From: an uncultured Planctomycetaceae bacterium | GTDB lineage: Bacteria; Planctomycetota; Planctomycetia; Planctomycetales; Planctomycetaceae | Direction: 5' to 3' | Assembly (NCBI GenBank): GCA_963813715.1 | Contig: CAWFAK010000017.1 | Coordinates: 448,001 to 512,000 of the forward strand | Length of the DNA stretch: 64,000 nucleotides | Part shown: one piece after another, positions 52,380 through 61,568 of the stretch | Layout: every line of letters starts with the position of its first letter | How positions within the stretch are numbered: position 1 is the first letter of the stretch | Position numbers and translations under genes: made by a program | Notes under the pieces: model-generated | The model's input: the letters and a program-made list of their open reading frames with translations, nothing else | Told to the model about the DNA's origin: nothing | Databases searched by the model: none

Positions 52380-52652
52380 TGCTGGTTGCTCACTTCCAGG
52401 AGGACGGCTCAAGACCTAATCGCACGGTTGGGCGACGGCGATCGTGCCGGGACCCATCCGCGCGGTTTCGACGCCGTGCACATTATTCGCGCGGGACATG
52501 CGGCAAACCGCGACGCCCGCTGCGCCGATTTCGCACCACGATTCATTCAGCAAGAGGATAAGCACCGTGGCCCGGCAACCGGAACCGTTGACGGAAAATC
52601 CTCCGGATGTTCACCAATTCTTCTCAGTGGTGAGCGGCGCCCGATGCGGCGG

Positions 52653-53201
52653 TCAGCCCTCCTTCCATCCAGAGCGAAACCAGGGGACGTCGGCCTGGAA
52701 ATCCAACCGCAGCCGCATGATCAACTGGGCCGCATGATGCTGGACATGGCGGATGTTGTAAACGTGTAGCTCGGCCCGCGAAAAGTCCTTCCGCGGGAAT
52801 TTTGTCTTGGCCATCAGCGATTCGGCCGTCTCGGCCCCGACGACGTCGTGGCACCGCCGGCGGCAGTACTGCAGATACGTCTTGATCCACGGCTTCTCAT
52901 AAAGAAGCACGGGCGGACGCGGTTCGAGCTCCTCGTAATCGCGAAAGACGTGGGCGTTTTCACGATGAAACGGCTCCTTGCGAAAATCCTCGTCCGTCAG
53001 GCCGAGATAGTAGTCGGCGTAAAACAGCGTGTGAAAGACGGCCTGGCAGAACTTGTAATTCACCACCGGCCCATTCCAGCCGGCTTCCGGACAGATGTCG
53101 ATACACGCGTTGAGCGTGCTGGCGGCCGCTTCGAACTGATTCGTGATCAACTGTTTCACCGTCTCGAGCTTCATCGTCTCGGGCTTCACTGAGTCGAGCA
53201 T
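52653..53201 (-). CDS. DinB/YfiT-family protein
   Basis: FHTLFYADYYL, YNIRHVQHHAAQL. Confidence 0.82.
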   Translation of the reverse strand: MLDSVKPETMKLETVKQLITNQFEAAASTLNACIDICPEAGWNGPVVNYKFCQAVFHTLFYADYYLGLTDEDFRKEPFHRENAHVFRDYEELEPRPPVLLYEKPWIKTYLQYCRRRCHDVVGAETAESLMAKTKFPRKDFSRAELHVYNIRHVQHHAAQLIMRLRLDFQADVPWFRSGWKEG

Positions 53202-53329
53202 CTTTAGGCCTTTCGCGAGAGAAAACGGTCTGGCGACATTATGGCAAACTTCGGAAGCGACACACCCGATCGTCAAGGGTTCGCCAGACCCGGGAGCGCA
53301 ATCAAGACGCCTGCGCCGCGGCGAAGAAC

Positions 53330-53512
53330 GCGCATCATCGGTCAGGGATCGGGTACGTCTCGTCTTGGCCCGGCGGACGGGAAGGTCGTTTGCGTGATGG
53401 AGGCGCCGAGCGAGGAAGCCATCGCATCTTGGTTCAGAAAAGGAACATGCCGTGCGACGACCTCGCGCCGTTGGAACTCGAGGGCAATCGCGGGACCTTC
53501 AAAACCGCCTGA
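53330..53512 (+). pseudogene. Fragment of a small DUF4242-like protein (frameshifted, start unclear)
   Basis: DGKVVCVMEAPSEEAIASWF, then NMPCDDLAPLELEGNRGTFKTA* in another frame. Confidence 0.4.
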
Positions 53513-53619
53513 CGAAGCGGCCTGACCAGGCCAGCCTGCGCGAGTCGGATTGACGAGTGGATCGATTTCTCGTCAATTTAAGCCGGTCGAGTTCTCTAAT
53601 CTCAAGTGGAGCCAGACGC

Positions 53620-54327
53620 ATGCATCGTCGCGAACTGCTTGCCAAAGCGGGAATTCTCGGGATCACGGCCTTGGCCGGCTCGTCGATCGCTGCCGGCCAC
53701 GAGGGCGGCAATGCCGGCATGTCGCCCTTGGCAGGGCCTCACATGCATTTCTGCGGGATCCATACCGCCAAGAACAATCCCAAGTTTTTGCTCACCACTC
53801 AACACTATTGCGCCGGACACTCGAGCACCGGGCATGACGACCTGTTTCAGTGCGTGCTCTTCGACGGCGCCGGCGCCAACGCCAAGCTCCTGGGGGTCGA
53901 ATATATCGTCAGCGACACCGCTTACCGCGCGCTTCCCGAGGCCGAAAAGAAATACTGGCATCCGCACACCTACGAGGTGCTGGGCGGCGGTCTCGTCGCT
54001 CCGGGAATGCCGGAGGCCGACGAGAAGCGGTTCATGAAGACCCTCCTCACCACTTGGGGCAAAGCCTGGCACACCTGGCCCGACCCCAAAACCGCGGTCC
54101 CGACCGGCGAGCCGCTGTTGATCTGGTCACTGGGTGGAGACGGCCAGTGCGACCAGGCCGTGATTGCCGCTCGCGACAAAGATTTCGGAGTCGACACGGC
54201 CGCAATCCGCGCTCGTCGTAGCCGGGAACTCGGACTACAGGTGCCGCAAGTTCCTCATCCCACTTCGATGGAGGAGCTGGGTCGACAGTGGACGGCAACC
54301 GGGGAAGACCAGCCGACGAAAATCTAA
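53620..54327 (+). CDS. DUF1264/OBAP-family protein with a Tat-like signal
   Basis: MHRRELL plus hydrophobic stretch, TQHYC, QCVLFD, LLGVEYIVS, EKKYWHPHTYEV, TWGKAWHTW. Confidence 0.85.
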   Translation: MHRRELLAKAGILGITALAGSSIAAGHEGGNAGMSPLAGPHMHFCGIHTAKNNPKFLLTTQHYCAGHSSTGHDDLFQCVLFDGAGANAKLLGVEYIVSDTAYRALPEAEKKYWHPHTYEVLGGGLVAPGMPEADEKRFMKTLLTTWGKAWHTWPDPKTAVPTGEPLLIWSLGGDGQCDQAVIAARDKDFGVDTAAIRARRSRELGLQVPQVPHPTSMEELGRQWTATGEDQPTKI

Positions 54328-54614
54328 CCGGCACTCGAAGGGCCGATGTCGACACCGGTCATCGCCGTCGGCATCGCGTATCGAAACAGTGCGATCTAAC
54401 AAAAGTTTCTGAAAGCAGCCTCAATGGAAATCTCGCATGTCGACTGCCAAAGACAATTCCGAATCGATCGGTCGCACGCCGCTCGTGCGGATCAATCGGC
54501 TCTGCCATCGATCCTTCGATTACTCCGATCCTTCGATTACACTGGCATGATTCGCGACATTGTCACTGCCGCGAAGATCGGATTTGCCCGCCATTCGAGT
54601 ATCGGGAGGTTCCC

Positions 54615-55883
54615 ATTTTCCTTCGCAAAGTAGCTGCGTGCCTTGTTCTGGCTCTTGCCTCTTTTAATTCCATCGCGATTGCGGAAAACTGGGCTCATTG
54701 GCGTGGTCCGACCGGGAATGGCACCGCGGCCCACGCGTCGCCGCCGATCGAATGGAGCGATACGAAGAACGTCAAATGGAAAGTCGAAGTCCCGGGCAGC
54801 GGACTGTCGTCGCCGATCATTTGGGATGGCCGCGTCTTTGTGACGTCCGCCGTACCGGTCGCCGGCGAGCCGGCCAGCGGCTTGCCGACGCTGGAGTTCA
54901 AAGTCTTTTGTTTCGACCGGGCCGAAGGCCATCCGCTTTGGGAAAAAACCGCGACTGTCGCCCGCCCGCACCAAAAGACCCATGAGACGAACAGCTTTGC
55001 TTCGGCTTCCCCCTGCACCGACGGCGAGCATGTCTACGCGCACTTTGGCTCGCGCGGGCTGTACTGCTATTCGATGAACGGCGATTTCGTCTGGAAGCGC
55101 GACGATTTTGGAAAAATGCAAACGCTGTTCGGGTTCGGCGAGGGGAGTTCGCCGACGATCGCGGGCGACATGATTCTCGTCCCCTGGGATCACAACGGCC
55201 CTTCGGCGCTCTACGCGCTCGACAAACACACCGGCGAGACGATCTGGAAAACCCCGCGCCAGGAGACGACCGAGTGGTCGACGCCGCTGGTTGTGGATCA
55301 CGCCGGACGCAAGCAGGTGATCCTGAATGGTCAGAGGTCCGTGCGGAGCTACGACCTGCAAACCGGAAAGGAACTGTGGCACTGCGGCGGTCAAGCCTTG
55401 CGGCCGATCGCCTCGCCCGTGTCGCTGCCCGGTTTGGTGATCGTCGGCAGCGGGTATCAAGGGGCTTACATGGCGGCGTTTCGTCTGGATGGCACGGGGG
55501 ACCTCAAGGGGACCGATAAAATCGTCTGGGAAATCACCCACGACGCGCCGGACGTCGCTTCGCCCCTGCTCTCCTCGACCGGCCGGCTCTATTTTCACAA
55601 AGCCAAGACTGGCCTGCTCTCTTGCATCGATGCGGCCACCGGCAAGCCCCATTACTTTGCCCGTCGAATCGGGCTCGATAATCCCTACGCCTCGCCGGTG
55701 GAAGCGGGCGGCCATATCTATCTGACGGCCCGGACCGGCATGACCATCGTCATGGCCGATGCCGACGAAATCAAAATCCTGGCCAGGAACCAACTCGACG
55801 AAACCATCGGCGCCACGCCCGCGCCGGTCGATAACCAACTCTTTATTCGGGGCGACAAGCACCTGTTGTGCATTGCGCAGTAG
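54615..55883 (+). CDS. Exported PQQ-like/BamB-type beta-propeller protein (start codon uncertain)
   Basis: Signal peptide followed by ENWAHWRGPTG, repeated SSP..W motifs, C-terminal LFIRGDKHLLCI. Confidence 0.88.
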   Translation: MFLRKVAACLVLALASFNSIAIAENWAHWRGPTGNGTAAHASPPIEWSDTKNVKWKVEVPGSGLSSPIIWDGRVFVTSAVPVAGEPASGLPTLEFKVFCFDRAEGHPLWEKTATVARPHQKTHETNSFASASPCTDGEHVYAHFGSRGLYCYSMNGDFVWKRDDFGKMQTLFGFGEGSSPTIAGDMILVPWDHNGPSALYALDKHTGETIWKTPRQETTEWSTPLVVDHAGRKQVILNGQRSVRSYDLQTGKELWHCGGQALRPIASPVSLPGLVIVGSGYQGAYMAAFRLDGTGDLKGTDKIVWEITHDAPDVASPLLSSTGRLYFHKAKTGLLSCIDAATGKPHYFARRIGLDNPYASPVEAGGHIYLTARTGMTIVMADADEIKILARNQLDETIGATPAPVDNQLFIRGDKHLLCIAQ

Positions 55884-56076
55884 GGATCGAGGCTCAGGCG
55901 GCCCATTCGGTAGTGTCGAGCATCGTGTCATTGACCCGAGCGATGGTCACTCGCCACTTCGGGGCGCCGCTCGGCTCACTTCCCTGCGAACTGTCTGACG
56001 GTTAGGGTATTGGCACTGTGCTAAGTTTTTAGCTTAGTGTCATCGTCCGTAGAATGGTTTTCACAAGGGGAATCTC

Positions 56077-56865
56077 ATGAGTCACCGTCTCAGCCTGTCA
56101 GGCAGTCGAAACCTGCGAAAATTGATGCCGATAGTCGCGCTCCCTCTGTTTTGTGCGGCAATCGCGGTCCCGCTGCGTGCCGAGGATAAGCTCGACAAGA
56201 AAGCCGTCGAACTGTGCAAGAAGGTTGGCAACTTTTACAAGAACGCCAAAACCTTCCACACCGAAGGGGCGTTCGTCTCCAAGATCGACAACAACGGCGA
56301 AAAGCGCGAGATCAACGTCGCGGCTGTTTACGATATTGAGCGGCCAAATCGGCTCTCGCTCAAGACGCAAATGGACGGCGACTCCAAGAAGGGCCCGGAC
56401 ATCATCTCCGACGGCAAGAAGCTGACGGTCTATCGCAAGGCACTCAAACAATATGTCGAAGAGGACGCACCGAATGACGTGAGTGGGCTCGGCTCCAAGG
56501 TGCTTCCCATCGGCCCGTTCATGACCGGAATCCTGGTGCCCAATCTTCTCAACGACGATCCGGGCGACTCCCTGTTGCAAGGAGTCAACTCGTGCTCGTA
56601 CGTCGGACTGGACAAAGTGGACGGGACGTCGGCTCACCACATGAAATTCAGCCAGGATCAGTTCGACTGGGAAATGTGGGTTGCAGCCGAAGGGAAGCCG
56701 TTCGTGCTGCGTATGAGCCAAAGCGTGGACGGCCCAAACGGTAAGACCAAATTCACGGAAACCTACAAGAATTCGACGGTCGACGCACCGGCCGTGAAAG
56801 ACGCGTTTACATTTACCCCGCCGAAGGACGCGGCGAAGGTCGACGAATTTAAGGAGTCGAACTGA
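56077..56865 (+). CDS. DUF2092/LolA-like exported protein
   Basis: Signal peptide, ERPNRL, ISDGKKLTVY, FSQDQFDWEMWV, FTFTPPKDAAKVDEF. Confidence 0.75.
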   Translation: MSHRLSLSGSRNLRKLMPIVALPLFCAAIAVPLRAEDKLDKKAVELCKKVGNFYKNAKTFHTEGAFVSKIDNNGEKREINVAAVYDIERPNRLSLKTQMDGDSKKGPDIISDGKKLTVYRKALKQYVEEDAPNDVSGLGSKVLPIGPFMTGILVPNLLNDDPGDSLLQGVNSCSYVGLDKVDGTSAHHMKFSQDQFDWEMWVAAEGKPFVLRMSQSVDGPNGKTKFTETYKNSTVDAPAVKDAFTFTPPKDAAKVDEFKESN

Positions 56866-56883
56866 CAGGCCGAGTCGTGCGCG

Positions 56884-57110
56884 GGGCGCTATGCTCACGG
56901 CCTTTGCGTGAGCATGCGAACTGCGGCAAGACATTCCCACGCCGATCCGTGAGACCGTGCTGCAATTCGAAGCGATCGAGGAGCTGCCGTGCTGACGCTT
57001 CGGGTTGGTATGTTGCATTCACTAACCCGAACCGTCAGCGAGGGAATTCGAGCAAGGACTCACTCGAATCGGACAGTCTCGTGCCGAGCCGTGGGCATGC
57101 CACCCCGCCG
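56884..57110. repeat. Composite REP-like element (family D) with a nested inverted pair of family E
   Basis: ATGCTCACGGCCTTTGCGTGAGCATGCGAACTG..GCCGTGGGCATGCCACCCCGCCG matches 58211-58296. Inside it are GCTGACGCTTCGGGTTGGT (56991-57009) and ACTAACCCGAACCGTCAGCGAGGG (57021-57044). Confidence 0.8.
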
Positions 57111-57207
57111 CGCCGTAGCAAGCGGCTGAGTCGTGCAGGCAGTGAACCGTTACGATCAGTGTCGCGAAGAACCGTTTGAGGAATTAACCGCGAAGAAAGT
57201 CTCTCGG

Positions 57208-57621
57208 ATGGCATACTGGCTGTTCAAAGAGGAGCCCGACCACTACTCACTGGAAGACTTATTCCGCGAGAAGCGGGCCGTGTGGGCTGGCGTCGGGAAC
57301 AACGTCGCTCTCAAGCACCTGAGGTCGGTGCAGAAAGGCGACCGCGTATTCTACTATCACACCGGAAAAGAGAAGGCCATTGTCGGTGTGATGGAAGTGG
57401 TCAAAGCCCCGTACCCGGATCCCGAACGCGACGATGCTCGATTCGTCGTCGTCGACGTGAAGCCGATCAGTCGATTGGACCGGCCCGTCACGCTGGCCGA
57501 GCTCAAGGCGAATCCGAAATTCGCGGACTTCGCATTGGTCCGCATCTCCCGACTGTCGGTCATGCCTGTCACCGACAAGCAGTGGACGGAGATTGAGCGG
57601 TTGTCAAAACAGGCCTCGTAA
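57208..57621 (+). CDS. EVE domain protein
   Basis: MAYWLFKEEP..WAGVGN..GDRVFYYHTG..LVRISRLSVMPV. Confidence 0.92.
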   Translation: MAYWLFKEEPDHYSLEDLFREKRAVWAGVGNNVALKHLRSVQKGDRVFYYHTGKEKAIVGVMEVVKAPYPDPERDDARFVVVDVKPISRLDRPVTLAELKANPKFADFALVRISRLSVMPVTDKQWTEIERLSKQAS

Positions 57622-57733
57622 GCCGCGGTACCCACTGGGTCCACCCGTTACTCCCGCACGAGAAAATATGGATGTCGAAGACACGAGGGCTGCCGCCGCC
57701 GGAGTGCCCCGCCAACTCAGGCGCCGACTGCCG

Positions 57734-58189
57734 CTATAGACAAGCGACAAAGACCGCCTCGTCATTGCCTTCGAGATAATACTGCTCCCCCACTGTTCTC
57801 CAATACGGAGCGCGTGGAATCGCACGACGCAGGACTCTCCGTCATATGACACGTCGGCCTGAATCGGGACTTCCGAGAATTCCGAGTTTTTCCATAAGTG
57901 TGCCAGATGATCCAAGATACAACAGGCAGATATTGAGTTGGTCCCCATCATCGGTGAAATCATCAATATGCAGGTGGTTGACATATGCCTCGTAACCGGT
58001 CGCGTCGCGAAACATGTCCCTGCTCGCATTGAGTGACCCCGCATAGAGTGCCACCAGGAAGTAACACCCCTCCTTCTTAACAAGCCCTTGCGAAAGCAAA
58101 TCGGCTAATTTCGCTGGCAGAATTGCTTTCCGGGCATCTGCATTTTTCAACAGCCCTGCCATTGCCTTGTTGACCTGGAGGATTTGCAT
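57734..58189 (-). CDS. Hypothetical protein, lower GC, possibly immunity-like (two frameshifts)
   Basis: GAGG RBS. FRDATGYEAYVNHLHIDD, then VVRFHALRIGEQW, then YLEGNDEAVFVACL* across three frames. Confidence 0.55.
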
Positions 58190-58210
58190 CTTCCTGCCTC
58201 ACCGAGCGCC

Positions 58211-58296
58211 GGGTGCCATGCTCACGGCCTTTGCGTGAGCATGCGAACTGGCGCAAGACATGCCCCCTCTATGCCGTAGGGCATGTCACCCCGCCG
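58211..58296. repeat. REP-like family D doublet, compact form
   Basis: GGGTGCCATGCTCACGGCCTTTGCGTGAGCATG..CATGCCCCCTCTATGCCGTAGGGCATGTCACCC. Confidence 0.8.
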
Positions 58297-58344
58297 CCGC
58301 CACGTCCTTGGCACATGCCACGTATCACTGGACCCATTGGTTCA

Positions 58345-58975
58345 TCATTTGCCATGGCGTATCGACTTAACAGCCGCATCGTGCTTGCTAATTTCGATCT
58401 CCGCCACCCCGCCGACCTCAGCAGCTCGAAAGTGTGCCGTTGAACTTAAAGGAGCTGCGTGTTGCCGCCACTTTCCATGGCCTTTGCTTTAACACTTCGG
58501 GTCCGTATACCTTGACCAATACAATTTCGGCAATTTTCTCAGTGGATTTCTCATCCAATCGCAGGTTCACCATCTCATTGGCAGAACTCTCGCTCGTACT
58601 CGCTACCGGCTGGTCATCGCTGACCGCAATGCCGTCTCCCTTTCCAGGCGGTTGATCGTCTACTAGACCGACGTAAAAGCGTCCAAAGCTGTACGCGAGC
58701 ATCAGCGCCATCGCCAGACCGCCCGTTCCCGCAACCAGAACATGACGCCAGCTACGGAACCCGAAGTTCCCGAGCCGTGCCAGGAGCAAATAGGCCAAGA
58801 TGAAGTTCGCAGAGCCCCACAAGACGTTGACCCACGCTCGCGATAATCCTTCACCTGGTGGAGTCGCGAACGGGCTTTGAAACGGGTGTCCCATGACACC
58901 GCTCACGAAATGGGGAATCGCGTTCACCAGAAACGCGCCACCCATAAAGTAGCCGAGGTAGTGATACCAGCGCAC
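58345..58975 (-). CDS. Small membrane domain joined to an NTF2-fold immunity-like (YbbC/YhhH-type) domain; frameshift near 58420
   Basis: N-terminal FLVNAIPHFVSG..FQSPFATPPGEG..NVLWG. C-terminal EKIAEIVLVKVYG..RPWK..NGTL, continuing as GGVAEIEISKHDAAVKSIRHGK* (stop 58345-58347). Confidence 0.6.
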
Positions 58976-59055
58976 GCGTCATTCCTTTCCAATCGCGTAG
59001 GGCCACGTCAATCAAGGCGACCGAAGTCGAACCCGAACGTGGCTGCGTCGTCGCA

Positions 59056-59397
59056 TTAGGCCGGATCGACCTGCATCGCAGCCAATTCGTTGCCGCTCGG
59101 GTCGCGGAAGTGGAAGCGACGACCGCCGGGGAAACTGAAGATCGGTTTGGTGACTGCCGCACCGGTAGTCGTGATCGCGGTGAGGGTCGCCTCTAAATCG
59201 TGGACTTCGATCACCGGTAAAGGGGCTTTGGTGGCCTCCGTTTGATCGGCTTGAAGTCCAAGGTCTACGTCCCCCGTCATCGTGCACGCATAAGTTGGCC
59301 CGAAAGCCGTCATCTTCATTCCAAAAACCTGCTCGAAAAAGCGTTGGCTCGCGGCGAGATCGCGCGTCGGCAGCTCGATGAAATTGGGTCTGGCCAT
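59056..59397 (-). CDS. VOC/glyoxalase family protein
   Basis: NFIELPTRDL..FFEQVFG..FSFPGGRRFHFRDPSGNELA. Confidence 0.9.
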   Translation of the reverse strand: MARPNFIELPTRDLAASQRFFEQVFGMKMTAFGPTYACTMTGDVDLGLQADQTEATKAPLPVIEVHDLEATLTAITTTGAAVTKPIFSFPGGRRFHFRDPSGNELAAMQVDPA

Positions 59398-59643
59398 AAC
59401 GGGCTCCCGTCTTTGATGTCGTTGCTCGGATCGAGACAAGGTCGTTAGCGTATCCGATTTCCCGTGGGGGAGGCGGAATCTACAGTGCCTGTGGCGAACG
59501 CGTGACCGGCCTGGCCGCGGACTCCATCATCCTCCCCGGATACTTGTGGCACCGAGTGGATCCGCCGACTAAGATGGCCAGGGTTAGAGAGTTTTCACAT
59601 CAATTGAACCCGACGACTACGGCGATACGAGCAGGAGACCGTG

Positions 59644-61454
59644 GTGAGCGCTGCCATCCGGGTCGCTTGTCCCCATTGTCTCACCAGTCTGAAGCTGAAA
59701 TCGCGCGAGATGCTGGGCGCCGCGTCACCTGCCCCAAGTGCCGGGAAGTCTTTTCCGCCGCCGAAGAGGACGACGAGCTGTTTGAATCGGCGGAGCGGAC
59801 GCCGGAACAGCCGCTGGCGCCGACGATTTCGCGGACTTCGGAACAGCCCCTGGCCCCGATGATCGCGCGGACGCCGAGACGGCGAAGTCGACGGATTCGA
59901 CATCCCTCTGGCGTGGTCTGGTTCCTGGCCGGGAGCGTTCTCACAGCGCTTGTGGCTGGCGCGTTTTTCGTCCCCTGGCGGTCGCTCGTGGCGGACATCA
60001 ATCTCAATCCGTGGGCGGACACGCCCGACGCGATTTTGACGCAGGAGACACGATTGCTCAATGAATTCGGGGACCTGGCGGAAGAAGCGCGCGCCGGCGG
60101 ATCGTTCGCGGAACTGGCCGCCAAAGCCAAGAATTTGGATGGTCGGATTGTCGATCTCTACCTGCGTGCCGTGCGTGTTCGTCCCGTTTTGCGCGAACGG
60201 CTCGAAGCGGATCTGGAAAAACACGAAACAGAGTTGAAGGACCTTCAGAGTCGGTCAGTGGCGTTCCAAGAGCGAAATGCGGACCCCCAGGCAAAACGGC
60301 TGCTCGCGGGGTCGCCCGCGGAACAGCAGGCTCTCGAAGATTTGAAAAGCACGTTCATAGTCATCCTTTCTCACGTGAAAGAACTCGGTGGCGCTTTCAC
60401 GAGCATGATGACAAAGCCGCCAGAGCCGCAGTCGAAATCTCAAAAGACGGAAGTGGAGATCCTCGACATTTACCGCGAGGTCGCGGTGCTCGTCAGCCGC
60501 GTCGATTCGACTTCCGCGGCACAGGCGGCTCTGCCGGTGCTCCGCCAACTCAAAGAAAAGTTGGAGATCCTCAAGAAGCGGCGTCCCGAGGAGATCAATG
60601 ACAATACGGTGGAGACGCTCAAAGGGATTCTCGATTACGAACGGCTCGTGGGAGCCGCCGGCCGCGAGATCGCGCAAGTTGCCGACGTCGTGATCCAACG
60701 GCACAATCTCGGCTCAGAATTCGAGGGGGCCGTTTCCCAGATCGACGCCTCGTTTGGCAATGAGCTGCGACGACTCGAGGCTTCTCGACCGAGGGAACTG
60801 CCGCTACTCGGCGTGGCCAGTCCGCTGACGGCTGCTGACTCGCCGGCAGCCGGCTCCCCGCCTGCTCGGCTCTTGCGCAGGCCGGCCGGTCCGGCCGACG
60901 CCGCCTCTCCCGCCCCTGAACTGAGCGCGGAAGCCCAGGCAGCGGCCGACGCGCTCGGTCCAATCGATCCGCCGTTTGCCCCACCGAACACGGGCCCCGG
61001 GAGTTTTGTGTCGACGTGTGTGCGCAAGTTCGGCTGGGATCACGTGACGTTCATCGGTTTTCCAGACAACGGCCTGTCGCGTCCGGAAATGGTCCGGATT
61101 CTGACGCAGATCCAAGCGGCATTGGCTGGCATCCCCTCGCGTTGGACGATCAACCAGGGCGCCATTATTGCGATCGCCTCCAGCGATACCGTCGATCAGA
61201 TCGCCGCCAAATTTCACGTCGGCCGCATTCGCACGATCGACTCGGCGAATCGCCGAATCATCGTCGATCTCCCAGCCGCAGGTGCGTCGACACTTGGGCC
61301 CGTCCGCAACGACATTCGCTTGCCAGGGCCAATCGGTGGCGCCCTGCCGGGCGCCCGTCGCCGTGTCCCCGGCCGGCAAATCGTTCCGCGGGGCCCGATC
61401 CCTGCGCCAGCCGCGCCGCAAGCGGGGCCCGCCAAACCGACTTCCGGGCTGTGA
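59644..61454 (+). CDS. Hypothetical membrane protein with an N-terminal Zn ribbon, helical region and Pro-rich linker (frameshift near 59715)
   Basis: AGGAG RBS. CPHC..CPKC across two frames. One TM segment. 36-bp internal repeat at 59796-59876. Confidence 0.65.
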
Positions 61455-61568
61455 CCAAGCGCGACGGGAACCAGTTGACGTCTCAGTTTGCTCGGCGAAT
61501 CGAGCCGTGAGCGAAAAAACGCAAAAGAGAAAACGCCGCAGGAGGGGATTCTGCTATCAGGCCGTGGA

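Noticed and set aside
56011..56026. TGGCAC upstream of the DUF2092-like gene as a sigma54 site
   Set aside because: The -12 position reads TAAG rather than TTGC, so the conserved GC is missing.
57208..57621. EVE domain gene as part of a modification-dependent defence system
   Set aside because: It is a stand-alone EVE protein with no adjacent nuclease, ATPase or toxin gene.
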